Positions 1-13,379 of a stretch of 64,000 nt of DNA are shown here, in pieces. Source of the DNA: Phoronis australis (taxonomy: Eukaryota > Animalia > Phoronida); NCBI GenBank assembly GCA_002633005.1, contig NMRA01000004.1:1719144-1783143 (forward strand). The letters are read 5' to 3'. Made by a program: the position numbers and the translations under genes. Positions within the stretch are counted from its first letter, which is position 1, and every line of letters begins with the position of its first letter. The notes below the pieces were generated by a model. That model was not told where the DNA came from, ran no database searches, and saw nothing but the letters and a program-made list of their open reading frames with translations.

Positions 1-1700
1 ATGTGACAAGCATGCCTTCGTTTTCGATGGTCTTGTTATAGAGTCCATGACTTAGACGCATTTTCAGCAACCCCATTTATGACTTACAGTGACGTATCAG
101 TACGACCTGCTCGCAAGGTTATCACGTTGGCTGACGGATCTACATACACCCATGGCTAACCTGTAAACCAATACCCACGACCCACAGCACGGCTGTCCCA
201 CGTATTACTTGATCCCCCTCACACGACAGCCATATGGCCTGGTGATTGTCTTGAGTTGGATGCCCTGTCTAATTTCACCGATCCTCAGAAGATCTTGCCA
301 TCGAACTTCGCTCCGACAGCATTAGCCTCTACGGGTGTTTCCCAGCTATAGCCACAACCGCAAATCTTGTCCCGACTAAGGGCAAGATTCGTTTGTTCAA
401 CAACACCGATGAACCACGATTTCTGAGAGTGCGTCTCTTCTTACACAGCAGCTTGTATCAGGATCTTCGAAATGGTCTTCTCCAATATGTCTCTAATTGC
501 GCTCGTTAGATCGCTCTCTCGCAGTTAACCATACAGATTCTGCTTCAGGATTCCAGGCCCTCCAAAAGGACAAACTCCTTGAACGTCATCGCAAGTCAAT
601 TGAGATCGGACCCAAACCATAACCCTGCTGCAGAGAAGGCCATTCAGGAGTTGTCACACAAGTTACTGCGTGATCAGCATGGTACCGGCAATGTTAGTTC
701 CTTACAGGTGGCCGTTGCGGTTGCTCGATTGAACAGCCGTGTCCGCTCCACCGGCTTGTCCGCCAGAGAGATGTGGTTTCAGCGCGACCAGTTTACCAAT
801 TGCGAAATACCAGTTCATGACAACTGGTTGACCTCTTCCCAGCGACAACGGCGCTCCATCAACCATTGACCCAGTGCGCCATCCAAGGCTCGTTTGGCCA
901 ACCAGGCAATAGAATGCGACGCATCCATCGGCGACCTCATTTACCTCTACTTAGATAGGGACAACTCCAGAGTCCGTCCGCGATACCTCGCAGTTGCTTC
1001 CGATGGCGTGTAGTTGAGTCATTATTCGGAGATTTTCTGGAGATCAGTTACGTAATGCTTCTTACCGTGTCAAACACAGTGAGTGTTACCGTGTTCCGTC
1101 TGAGGTTACTAATATTCTAGCTGCATCATCTGTCACTGCCCCTTGTGAGCACGATATAACGACGACGAGGTCCCACCGTCTTCTGCTGTTCCCGTATCTG
1201 TTTCATCGTTGCCTTTTCCCTGCGGTCCAGCTCCATGGTACAACGACGGTTTACCACCTTCACGTTGCCCAATTGTCGCCCCACCTGTTCCACCCACCAT
1301 CGTTCCTCCCCCTGATGCATCCCCCAGAATGGCTCTACGACAACGCCTGCTGTTGAAGCCCCCATCGTCCCTGATCATCCAGAGGCCCAGAGGAGATCAA
1401 GACGACAGCGCCACAAACCTCATTGGCAAACAGACGATTGGATTTATGACTGATTTTACTTTGTACTCTGTTAACTTCCTTCGACGCCATAATAACTGGG
1501 GATCTTATTAAGTCAGTGTTTAGTATTGTTTGTTTTCAACTTTACCCGTTCTTAGTGTACGTTTGGCTCATTTTCTGTGACAGGAGAGGCAATCACACCA
1601 TTGTACTGTTGTTCTTACGACTGCGTTTGGTTGGAACGCTGGCGGTTCCTTCTTGTTGTCGTCTGCTTATTAAACACGTTAAACCATAGACTATAGTTGC
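1..1700 (+). mobile_element. Degenerate LTR (Gypsy-like) retrotransposon: integrase and 3' end remnant
   Basis: Broken frames give TDSASGFQAL...NPAAEKAIQELSHKLL...AVARLNSRVRSTGLSAREMWFQRDQFTN (integrase core-like), a Pro-rich tail and RRSRRQRHKPHW at ~1390-1430. A purine tract (aggagagg) lies at 1581-1588. Stops and frameshifts throughout. Confidence 0.65.
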
Positions 1701-1756
1701 CTATAATCTATGGTTAAACTTACTCCACATTTAGTTTATGTGACGATTGCTGAACC

Positions 1757-2222
1757 ATGTATATCCAGGAGTCTCGCTGTTAGTTCTGGTCTGTTTTTTG
1801 AAAATCAAATTGGTGGCACTTTTAGTTGCTGTTTCAAAAAAGGAAGTATAACTGAGAGGAGTAAACGCGATCCAGGATTTGTTGTTTTTTACTCATCACT
1901 TAAGAAATTTTGGTGTTTCAAACTTTTCCTGCCCTTGCTTAGGCTATGTGCCGTTGTGAAGCTTTTTTGTCTGCATTACACACACAGTGACAGACAATCA
2001 GCTTCAAGGAAAAGCATCTCCAATTAAGAGATCTGACTTGTCCGTTTCCTGTTTGTCACTATGAACTTGTACAACACATCCCTCTCAAGGCCACAAACAC
2101 GGCACCATTCAGATAGCAAACTTTTCCACAACCAATAACGTCATTTACACATCATTATGAAATAACTTCTCTTTAGGTAAAGCAATCAATTACTTCTGAA
2201 CAAGTTTACATTGTAGTCCATT
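1757..2222 (+). repeat. Dispersed repeat family A, internally deleted copy
   Basis: Collinear with 15425-16041, e.g. ccaggagtctcgc, tagttctggtctgtttt, caggatttgttgttttttactcatcact, cattcagatagcaaacttttc, ttgtagtccattt. Confidence 0.85.
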
Positions 2223-3119
2223 TACATGTATCGAAATCTATTTTGCCCGGGGTACGCAACGAGCTATGTTGCAGCGCAGAACAAGATGAGGATTGCGAAT
2301 AATGTCATTTATTATGACATATTAAGTAAAAGAAATAAAGAAGACTATGCAAGATAGGCATTGGAAAAACGCCATAACGGTTGTACGGGAATACTGACTT
2401 GGCCCATCCGGGAAAGCGAAACAAGTAATATGAAAGCAAACAATGAAACCTGAAATAAAAAATTTAGTTTTGCAAAGGTTGCAACGACAGACCTTTTGGG
2501 CGCAGGCCGCAACGACAGACCTTTGCGGCGCAGGCTGCAACGACAGATGGGCTGAAACCACAGACTCGGCGTAGAGGGAGGAGGCTGAAAAGTAGGGAGC
2601 TGAAACAACAGACTCTCCGGGAGTTGTGGGATGCCTGGTTAAGGGAAAAAAAGCATACACGCGGATGTAGTTTTAGTGCATCAAATTTCCAGCGTCCCAT
2701 GCGCTGTATCAGTGGTTCAGTGGCCGTTTGAACATGCCTTTTAGTTTAGCAAAAGTCGCCATGTTGCCCAACGTGAATTTTGAGCAATTTAACCACTCAA
2801 TAAGTTGCATCTGCGTGATTAGAATCTAGTGTGAACTCTTGGATTGTACAGAATGGTAGGTAAGGATGTGTGTCACTAAATTTTACTGTTGAAATGTTTG
2901 TGAAAATAATTTTAAGCACTTTTAAACTCGTAACCTACGGCGCTGGCATCCAAGAAGGCAGATCCAATCAAACCAGCGAAGCAGACTTTTCTCTTCAAAT
3001 AGTGCACGAATCGGAATATTTCATTAAGAATCACATTAACCATTTATGTCAGCCTAAAAAAATTGTCTCTAAGGGCTTCAACCGTTTTGGTTATTGGCTC
3101 AAGACAAATTTGTCATCAC

Positions 3120-4490
3120 CTGTGTCTGCGGTCAGCTATGAACGCTAATGGGTGAAATGGTGTATGGATATGTCAGACAGCATTATGGTCTCTAAAATAT
3201 TAATTCAAGAGGAGTAGCTATTCTATTTAACAATAACTTTGAGTTCACCGTTCAAAATGTGAGAAAGGATCCTACGGGAAATTATGTTATTATAGAACTA
3301 ATTATGGAGGAAGAGAGGATCATTCTTGTAAATTCGTACGGTACAAATGGTGATAACCCGAACTTTTGTAGTAAAATGTTTTCAATAATTGAAAAAATTT
3401 ATGTCGATAATTTTATTTGGAGATTTTTAGCTGAGTCAAGAACTGGACACTTGCAATTACAGATCATGTAACGCTAAAAAAATTCTAAAGGGAATAATTA
3501 ATACGTTTGATGTGTGTGATCCCTTTCGAGAATTTTTCCTTCATAGAGAAGTAAGCAGGCTAGGCTTGACTTTTTTCTGGTTTCCGAAACTTTGATGCAT
3601 TGTGTCCAAAGAATTTCCATAGCTCCAAGTAATAGATCAGATCATTCTGGGGTCTTGTTAAACATAAAATTTAGAGAAATTACGAGAGGTAAAGGACTCT
3701 GGAAATTTAACAATTCACTTTTAAATGACAAGGAATATGTAGACATCGTTCAACAAAAAAAGCTAATGTTAAGAAGCATAATACCGTTCCGGTATACATG
3801 TACCATTTAGACAAAATTCAAAATATTTCGAACAGTGTGATTCAGTTTGTTATAAATGATCAACTATTTTTGGATGTGCTGTTAATGGAAATAAGAAAAA
3901 ATACTATTTTTTACTCGATTCAAAAAAGAAAAAATAGATAGTCAAGAGAATAAGATAGAGAAAGAAATAAAGAATTTAGAAAAATGTGTTGATGATAGAA
4001 CTTTTGAAGATTTAGAAAGGAAAAAGAGTGCTCTTTTAGAGATAAGGTCAGAGAAATTAAAAGGGTATTACGTCAGATCCAGGGCAAAATAGATAGAGAA
4101 GGGGGAACGCCCAACAAAATATTTCTGTAGTTTAGAATCGAGAAATTTTTATAACAAACTTATGTATGAAATAGAATTGGAAAATGGAGAAATAATTACA
4201 AATCAAGAAAAGATACTAGACGTGGCCGCGAATTTTTACGAAAAAATTCATTCTGACTACAGTTCTACGGAAAAAAGTAAAATAGAGAACCTTATTGTTT
4301 CAAATAAGCTTCCTGATAATTTTGCTATGGAGCTTGAGGGACACATAACGTATGAAGAACTTTGGACTGTATTGAAAAATTCAAAAAATGAAAAAAGCCC
4401 CGGGTCAGATGGTTTCACAAATGAATTCAATTTTTTCTGGATCGATTTAGACTATTTTGTTTTACGACACATAAATGAAACCTATGAAAA
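3120..4490 (+). mobile_element. L1/Tx1-like LINE ORF2 remnant (APE endonuclease to start of RT), decayed and 3' truncated
   Basis: NSRGVAILFNNNF, DPTGNYVI, ILVNSYG, ARLDFFLVS, SDHSGV, GKGLWKFNNSLL, RSRAK*IEKGERPTKYFCSLE and KSPGSDGFTNEF appear in the correct order, with stops and frameshifts. Confidence 0.9.
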
Positions 4491-7400
4491 CTGTTTTTTT
4501 ATGTTGGAAAATTGCTGTTTTCGGTGTGCAAAACATGCCATTTTCTTCTTGAACTTTTGAAGACTTACAGGTAAAAAATTAAGAAGTCAATAAATACAAA
4601 ATTGGTAATTTTTGTATAAGAGCCAAGCCACGATCACATCCACAAAGTTTAAGCTGAATCTGAAAGATGATCCTTTGAGTGATTTTTTTTTCTAATGGAA
4701 TGGCTTCTAACAGTTGTATGAGAATTTGACTACGACTTAAAGTTTGTTTTATTGTTAGTCTATTGCATTTAACAGAGGAGCGGTAGCACCTTCTCTCTGA
4801 CGGTTGTCTATGCTGCAATGTGATACTTGTAAGTCTCCCTCATGGAGTGATTGCTAGTATTTGTACACGCTTTTTGGCGATTGGAATGGATTAGATTATG
4901 ATCAACTGATTGACAACGACATCTTTGACCTAATTATTGTAATAACATTTGTCTGTATTACTCAATAAAGCAATGTCAAGCTGATACTTAGTCTTGTTCA
5001 ATCTTTTCTTCCTGCATGCGTGTCACTCAGTGTTTTTTCAGGTTCTCAAAAATGATATTCGATTCATAGTTTTCTATGTGCAAAATTTGAAACGATTGTC
5101 CCATGAATGGTAACCAACGACGTGCTTGGCCTTCAGTGCGTTGCTATGGGCAACTCGCTTATGAGTTGAACACTGTAGGAAACCAAATTAGGTTAATTTT
5201 GGATAATGTCAAATCTCGTCATTGAATTTCCACAATGAAGCAAAAATATAATTAATCTTCTTTAAAAACTGCAGCAATTTGAGATCTAATAGTCATTAAA
5301 GTTGAGAGCAGACAAATTGTAACGGCAGTGGTACATGTACCATATCAATTGCTTTGATATGTAGGCCTGTGTACGTTTTAAAGTTTACAATAAGCGTGGA
5401 CACATGACTCATTCAATAAGTTCCAGATTGTCGCCACAGCTTTCTACTTTCAGAATATGTAGAGTTCCAAAAACTTGTTTGGCTCAATGGTTATTCACAT
5501 GCACCAAAAATTGTTGGCCTTTTCCACACGCAGGTGTGTTTCTCAACTACAATGTAACAGAATATCGGTTGAAGAGGTGAAATCAAAGTGTTACATTTGG
5601 ATGAAAAAATGAAAAACACAGTCTTTGCTGGCATTTGGCGATCGGATTTTCCATTTATCCATAGTCATGTATGTCTAATACCTGAACTCGTTTGTTGTGT
5701 GCTTAGGATATGATATTGGTCTTTAGGGGACATTTTTATGGAATTCACTTTTGGGGAGACAAAAGATAACCGCCAAATACATTCGAAGTCCTGAGAAATA
5801 CGGGAGAAACATCATCACGTCGGAATTGAGTAGGCGGAATATGGACTCGAAAACCTTTGTTATAGTTCTGTCTATTTTGAAGAGTGAAAATTAGGTCTAA
5901 GGCCAATTCACTTTATTTGGGTCGTATTTGGAGCAATATCGCGCTTTTAGAGTCACACTTGTAAGGTACACTTCGACTGAAAAGTGACGTTCTGGAGCAC
6001 AGACACTCAACAAGCAATCTGGAGTGATGGAGCATAGTACGGGAGTTCGGGGGTAATCTTCGAAAGAATTTTCAAATATTATTCGCCTTAACTAGAATTC
6101 TGGTTCATGCCGTTGTTATCTTGTCAGCTATGTGAAGAATCGTACAAATATATAAATTTTTGCACTTTAATCCGCTTTTGACGTGAACGTTGTGCACGGC
6201 CATCATAAAATGATACCCGACAGTCTGATCGGCCCGAGCCAGTTTCTTGCACACATCTTCTTCGTCAACAATACTTTTCAAACAACGATCTTAAAAATCA
6301 TTCGCTATTCTTGGGATTCTTTGGGGGAAAAGTGTCAGTTGATATTTTCATTGTTAGCAAACCATAGGGAATATTGTATTTGTGCAATTTAGAAATAGTG
6401 GTCTTCAAGGTCTTCGTACATCATCTTTTCGATGGCTGTCCATTGTATTGTATTTGTTTGTTTAGATTGTCTCACATTTTATGTTGTTTGTGCTGTATGT
6501 CTTGATGCCGCTGTGCTTCACATAAAAATACTATGCGGTTTACTCGACCAATTAAAAACTTTATCGGGGGAAGGGACAATTGCTTCGGGCAATCCTTCAA
6601 AGTGAAGACCCATTTAAAAGAGGGACGCCTTAACATGGAAGGTTTCATCATTAAAACTGGACAGTAAAGCCATCACTGGGTGACCCTCTAAGAGGTAGCC
6701 TTACTTAGCATAAAAGATAACACGATTTTACAAAAACAGGACAAGAGAGGCAATTGATGCCATCACTACCCCACCCTCTTCCCCCCTTCGAACCTGAGTG
6801 GACACTTAAGAATTAAATTAAGTAAAAATCTGAAAATGATACCGTTGGATGCTATGAAATGGTCCCTGGGTCACTTGAATATGGAAAATATATTATTTAA
6901 AAAACAGGAAATGATCTATCAACAGAGCCCGTATCCGTCAGGTTTTCAATTTACATCAAGTTATATACATGTTCAAAAAAGGAAAAAGACAGACCGACAG
7001 ATGACTCCATCATCACTTGCCAGAGAAGGTCCTTGTGTTCAGTTGGGCATTCCCTGCTACGCATTCTGCTCAACTCACTTCACAAGTATCAGTCAGTTAG
7101 ATGCTGGTTCCCGGTTTGTTTACACAAGTGGTAACTTGACTCTGGGCGATGACACCTGTACGCCCGGCCACAGTCACTATTTAAATGTGCCGAGAATGCG
7201 AAATATGTCTCGGACACAATATCGCTAGCATTGTTTCTTGATATTGTGTAATTTGATGTCGTAGTTTTGTTTTGTGCACTACGAGGGGTCCAATAACAAA
7301 AATTCCAAATATCGATGGGCAGCTTTACTTCTTTATTCAGGAAGTTGAAATTCGGCATGGTAATGCCTAACAATTTTGAGAAAATCAAAGGGCTAGTATG

Positions 7401-8852
7401 TAAAGGTTTGATGTGACAACAATTAAAAAAATCACTCATCAAATCTAATTCCAAAAAGAATGAAATAAATACTTTGTATGTTGTACCAGTCGTTACAAAT
7501 AAACTTTGGTAGTTACAAAAGACCATTCATTTATACTTTCAAATTTTATAGATATTGAATATTTCATTAAAATAGAATGCTACAATTTTAGATAATTGTA
7601 CATGTCATTACCAGTACGTACTCGCCCAAAGTAATTCCTACAAGCAAACGAAACAGAAAAAATGTATTTGCTTTGCGTACATTAGGCTAATACAATGTCT
7701 GCGGGAATGTGTACTTTGCTTTAGTATCGATATGCGAGCGTATCTTCGCAAAATGTGAGTCGATTTTTGGCAAAAAATACCGTTGTAGTCGACTTAAGCT
7801 AATTTACAATTAATTTTCAAAATCAAAATGACAAAAGTGAAAAGGTTGAAATTATCGAATGCTCAGGCAGATTCAACTCACGCACAACAGACGGCTTATC
7901 ACTGGTGGAAATCATACACATCATACACTAAGCCGAAACGTACACATTATCCAAGACACCACTGCTAGCCTACTTGTAATGAGGCCGTCCGTAGTAAACG
8001 TACCCAGTTTGCGGGCGCATAAGTTAAGACTCTGATCTAAGCGGAATGAAATTGTCTTCTGGGATTTAACAATCTGAATAAATTTGCCCTGAAAAGCATG
8101 ACAATTTTTGTGAACTTTTGAGAAATGTGTAACGCTAGGACCTCGCTAAAAAGCAAGACTTTGCGAGATTACGTGAGATGCTACCGTGTGTTTCACATGT
8201 GAGTTTGGATAGACTTTAGCTTGGTCTTAGAGTAGGTCCTAGCGTTGCTGAACGCACGCCCGTTTAAGAGCACAGTTTAAGTGCTTTTGACGATTTATTT
8301 AATAATGTATAAATCTATTCCTCCTAATAAAAATTCCGTGACCTGGCCCCCGAAAAGTATAAATCCAGCACCGGTAGTTAGTTAAAAGGATACCAAACCC
8401 TGTTTTGGCCTATTACCAGATACTATCCAGTTCTCTGAAACAAAATAATGCTCTGTAACCCTCTAACGTTTTGAGCAAAAATTTGAAAACCCCTTTCAAA
8501 GTTTGCCAAAGCGGGCAAGCTTGAACTACACTTATAGCGATTTACTGTGGGAAAAGACCTCCCATCACGGATCATGATGTCCAATTTGTGAGATAGGGGT
8601 ATAGGTTTTTAGTTGAATTTCGCTATGTCTTTCTTTTCTCGGCTGTCTCGGTCCTACGTCTATGCCTTGCCACGATTTTAACCTGAAGCTTCAGGGCAAA
8701 TTATTTAGGAGGCACACTGCCCCCCCCGGCCATAGTTATAACGTCGGCCTGGTGATACGAGACGAGAACTACCAGATGGCTGCCTGCAGTGGGGTTATTT
8801 AAGACATGCAGTCGCCACTTTTCACAATACGTGACTAACAACCATCAACAAG

Positions 8853-9660
8853 ATGCTTCCACTGATATTTTTGGGTATTGCTGTGGTTACAGCTACCAAT
8901 CAGAATAACAACGTCAACACTCAACGAACCAATGATTCTTGCAAGTATACGTTGGTAGTTCCCAGTGGCCAGTGCTCAGGATCAGACAGCAAGAAAGTGA
9001 CAGACCTGATCACCTCTCTCCAGCNGCGCTGAGCTCCGTTTGGCTGGGCAAAAAACTGATAGCGTGTATAATATCACACTTGAGCATGCGTTGTCACCGA
9101 TCAGTGTTTGGTGCGACATGTCGACAGGTCACGGAGGATGGACACTTATTCAACGGCGACAGGACGGTTCAGTTTATTTCTATCGTGACTGGGATGACTA
9201 CAAGAAGGGATTTGGCATGGCAGACGGCGAATATTGGCTCGGAAATGATAATATATTCCATCTTACAAATCAGAAAAAATATTTGCTTAGAATAGATTTA
9301 TGGGATTTTGACGGCAACCACTTCGTAGCGGAATACGACGACTTTTATATCGAAAATGAACTCCACAAGTACAAGTTGCACGTAGGATCTTATAACGGTA
9401 CGGCTGGTGATGCCATGAAGCATCACAACAATAGGGTATTTTCCACAAAATATCGCGACGCCACTAATTCATGCGCATTCTCATACAAGGGAGGGTTTTG
9501 GTACCACGGCTGTGCACACGCAAATCTGAATGGCATCTATCATAACGACAGCAGATACGTGGGAAATGACGCAGTATTCTGGAACAAACTAAACAATAAA
9601 CACAAAGCGCTCAAGAAAGTTGAGATGAAAGTGAGACCTATGACTTTCCACAAAAAATAA
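8853..9660 (+). CDS. Secreted fibrinogen-related domain (FReD) protein, angiopoietin/ANGPTL-like; interrupted by assembly N at 9025
   Basis: ATG 8853 gives the signal peptide MLPLIFLGIAVVTA, then CKYTLVVP. After the N, in another frame, comes a FReD: VWCDM..GGWTLIQRRQDGSVYFYRDWDDYKKGFG..GEYWLGND..LRIDLWDF..GGFWYHGCAHANLNG..KKVEMKVRP. Stop at 9658-9660 overlaps AATAAA-like signals. Confidence 0.9.
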
Positions 9661-9822
9661 TAAACTTTTGTTATGTCATGATCGTTGTAATTTGTTTGTT
9701 ATATCATTCTACTCCAAACTGACTGATGGTGAAGATTTAACGCGACACTCCCCAGGTAATAACGATGCTTGAAGATGTGGGATGTATGTCATGTCATGTC
9801 AGTCATGACTCATCCCATTTGC

Positions 9823-11649
9823 AACAAGAGCAACGCGGAGCGTTGAAATGCGTCCACGAATACATTGCAAACGGTGTCCTTTTAGGGTTGTTTGTGTCAT
9901 AAAAATGGCCACTAGATGGCGCAAAAATGTACAATACATCCGAAAAAGGGAACATTTCAGGTTCTTTAAAAGACAGATATTCACCAAATTTCATAGAAAC
10001 CTGTCACAGAACTTCAGAGAAACGAATGAAAACAGAATAAAATGAAATTGCCACCAGGGGGTATATTGTTTATTGGATCCGCCTGAAAGTCGTCATTGTC
10101 TGTTGTTAGCTTCATATAAATACACTTACTAAAATTAATAAAGATCCAGCAGTGGGTTTAGGAGATACAGCTATGGGTGCAAAAGAAAACAAAACTACCG
10201 TTGGAGACGCCACAGTAGTCGAAGTCGTCATCGTCAACCATCCACTTCACACAGAGAACAACGCCAATTTTCAAAGCCATTGAACGAGTTTGTTGATAGA
10301 GGGGTGGACGCCAAAAACAGACTCGAAAACAGCAAAAAATGCCACTAGGTGGCGCAAAATACCTCGATTCCATCCAAAAACAAAAGGATAGCGTCATCTC
10401 ACCAATAGATGCCTGTATTCAAAATCATGAAAAACCGTTGAGGACCCTTGAAGATACAGAGGTAAACGTAAAATCTAAAATTACCTCCAGGAGGCACACC
10501 AGTAGTCGGATCCGTCCGAAAATTGTCGTTGTTCTTTGTCAACATCATCGATATAAATACACTTCTTAAATTTAGTAAAGATCCTGCAAACGGTCTAAGA
10601 GATACAGCCATGGGCGCAAAAAAACGAAACTACCACTAGGAAGCGCCACAGTAGCTGAAGTCATCGGAAAATCATCGTCAGCCGTCCACTTCATAGTAAA
10701 AAAATACACGCCAATTTTCACAATTATCCTGAAAGCGATTTGGTTGATAGAAGGGTGGACGCCAAAAACAAGCTCGAAAACCGTAAAAATGGCCACTAGG
10801 TGATGCAAATTAAGTCGAATCCATCTGAAAACGGAAAGATAGCATCTCCACACTAACAGAAGCCTCTACGCCATTTTTTTGAAAATACGTTGAAGACCTT
10901 TGAAGGTACAGAGGTTAACGTAAAAAAATAAAATTGCCACCAAGGGCACACTAGTAGTCAAATTCGTCCAAAAGTCGTCGCCATCCTTTGCCAACATCAT
11001 ATAAATGCATTTGCTAAATATAGTAAAGATCCTGCAGACGGTTTAGGAGATACAGCCATAGGCGCAAAAACACAAAGCTGCCACTAGGAGGCGCCACAGA
11101 CTTTGTGAAATCGTCTAAAAATCATCGTCAGCCATCCTCTTCATAGTAAAAACGTAGTGCCAATTTCCACAATCATCCTTAGAGCGGTTTTGTTTGATAG
11201 AGGGGTGGACGCCTAAAACAGACTCGTAAACAGTAAAAATGGCCACTAGGTGGCGCAAATTACGTCGAATCTGTCCGAAAACAGGAGGATAGCGTCATCT
11301 CACTAATAGATGCCTACATGACAAATTTCATGAAAATACGCTGAAGACCTTTGAAGATATAGAGGTAAGCATAAAAAACTAAAATTGCCACTAGGGGCAC
11401 ACCGGTAGTCGGATCCGTACGAAAGTTCGCTCATGCCGTCCCATCCATCCATCCATGAAAGGAACACATTTGTAAAACTTCATGAACATGCGCCAAACGG
11501 CTTTGGAGTTAGAGCAGCGGACGTTGGACGTCGGACGGACGTCGGACGGACGCCGGACGGACGCCGGACTGACGCCGGACAGACGCCGTCCGGACGGACG
11601 GAGATGACGGCATAATGCGTCCACTTATAAATATGTGGGCGCATAACAA
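9823..11649 (-). mobile_element. Non-autonomous Helentron-associated element (HINE/DINE-1/pearl-like) with internal tandem repeats
   Basis: Subterminal repeat atgcgtccac at 9848-9857 and 11615-11624, inverted partner gtgggcgcat at 11635-11644, stem-loop caacgc-gga-gcgttg at 9831-9845, (ggac)n microsatellite at ~11520-11600, ~150-bp central repeats, and aacaa at both ends. Confidence 0.8.
9900..11420. repeat. About 11 diverged ~150-bp monomers arranged as a ~450-bp three-monomer higher-order repeat
   Basis: The core motif recurs at 9909, 10051, 10198, 10342, 10484, 10633, 10793, 10937, 11081, 11243 and 11388. Every third monomer is most similar. Confidence 0.8.
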
Positions 11650-12699
11650 GTGGATATTGCTATAGGTCCTATCGAGTGATCACGACAAATATATTACTAT
11701 ACATCATTATGTATCAAATATTCGTGCACGTTCAATAAAATTTCAGCGCGAACATTTATTCTCATCAATATTTAAAGATAAGTTCACCTTTTCTTTATAT
11801 CCATTAGTTTAAATCACTCAATGAAAATCACCAACCGACAGTTATTTGAAGAATCACGTTTATTTTGTAAATGACGCTATTTCAGTGCGTTTTGCTGCCA
11901 TTTAAAAAGTTTTCACTAATTAAACTTCCGTGTCATTGACCTTCGGGGTCACTATGTGGTCCACAATAAAAATAAAATATCAAAATAAAACATTCTCTCT
12001 CATGCTCTGTTTTGAAAAAAATGATGTCTTGTTGAAAGCGTATAATTTGGGAATACGTTCTGACAAAGCAACTTTGCGTAAAAACGAGTTTTATGAAGTT
12101 TTCAAATAAACCAATAATTGTATTCATAACAGACATAACTAATACAAAACGTGTAGGTACGAAGAGTTCACAAAATAGTCCACATCCTAGTTGCCTTTTA
12201 TGCTCATCTATGTCCCACTTGTTTGTTGAAAGTCCGCCTCCGCTAGCAAACTCCTCTCCCCTTCGACCATCGTCTTGTTTTCCCTTCACCTAAGAAAAGT
12301 GGGTGTATATAGGTCTAAGAAAAAGTTTTCGAAGATACGCCCAGGGCGCTTATTTGTTGATGTTAGATACCAAAAAAATTCCCGGGTTTCACAGAAAATG
12401 AATAGCAAAATCGTTACTAAAATATTGTTTCCGCTACGGTGGGAACAATCATACATCGATGTCATTGCTGTGCATTAACTCTTCTGATTTCAGTTTGCGC
12501 GTCGGATACAGAATTGATACATCGGAGCGTAAGCTTCAGAGCACTAAACCACGACTAAATAGCATCGATTTATTTTAGACTGGAATCCGTTGCAATTCTG
12601 GCTTTCGACAAACTTCGGACAGGTATTTCTCCATTCATGCAGTCGAAATCGCGACAACTTACTGCACTAGCCTATAACATAAACAATAAGTGCAAGGCG

Positions 12700-13366
12700 C
12701 AATAACGTCACTTTAAATTCAGATAACGGTTCCACAAAAACGCCATCTTTCACGTATAACTGGTACCCGGAGTCATATTGCAATGTAACAAGCAAGGCCA
12801 ATAGGAAGAAAATGGGATGCCACGCAATAGTTTGAGGTCACAACCGCAGCCGGCACAGAGGCTGGAGTTGGAAACTGGACCAAAATAATCGATGAATCAC
12901 AACGGTGCAACTCTAAAATAAGGACTGTCCGCAGACTGAGTAAGCTCCGACTCGCGCCGAAAACGTCGGTGCCGAAGAGTCGAGTTCGTACGACCAAGTT
13001 CAAACACGCAAAGTCTGCCGATATGGCAAGGGCTAACTTATTTCATGTTTCACCTGTAACCCGGGTGTCGTCATTATCCCAATCACCATATCTGTCTTCA
13101 TAATGCTCAAAGTCGTTCTCAAAGTCTTCGTAACTTACAAAATCACTATCCGCCATTGCATACATACAGTCAACTGATCAAAGTCTTCTACTGATGACAT
13201 CACGACTGAGGCGGGAAACCAAAAAATCAACCCGACATATATTTTTTTTTAAATTCAAAATTCCCATTTCCAAAATAAGTGCCTCATGTGTTTAGTAAGA
13301 TATTGAGTTATATACTTGGTCTCAAACCTCAAAAAAACCCGCAAAAATCCAATGTAGGAACGCTTT
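12700..13366 (-). mobile_element. Possible Kolobok-like derivative (acidic KolX-like start); left end undefined
   Basis: Minus ATG 13156 gives MADSDFVSYEDFENDFEHYEDRYGDWDNDD. The flank tgacatcac..ggcgggaaa resembles 53413-53433, and there is a TTAA near 13364. Confidence 0.4.
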
Positions 13367-13379
13367 AAGACGTGAGGTT

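Noticed and set aside
4500-8800. Short ORFs in the intergenic region
   Set aside because: No recognisable domains or spliceable exon chain; probably decayed repeats.
11391-11624. Arg/Pro-rich ORFs
   Set aside because: They derive from the (ggac)n microsatellite of the Helentron-associated element.
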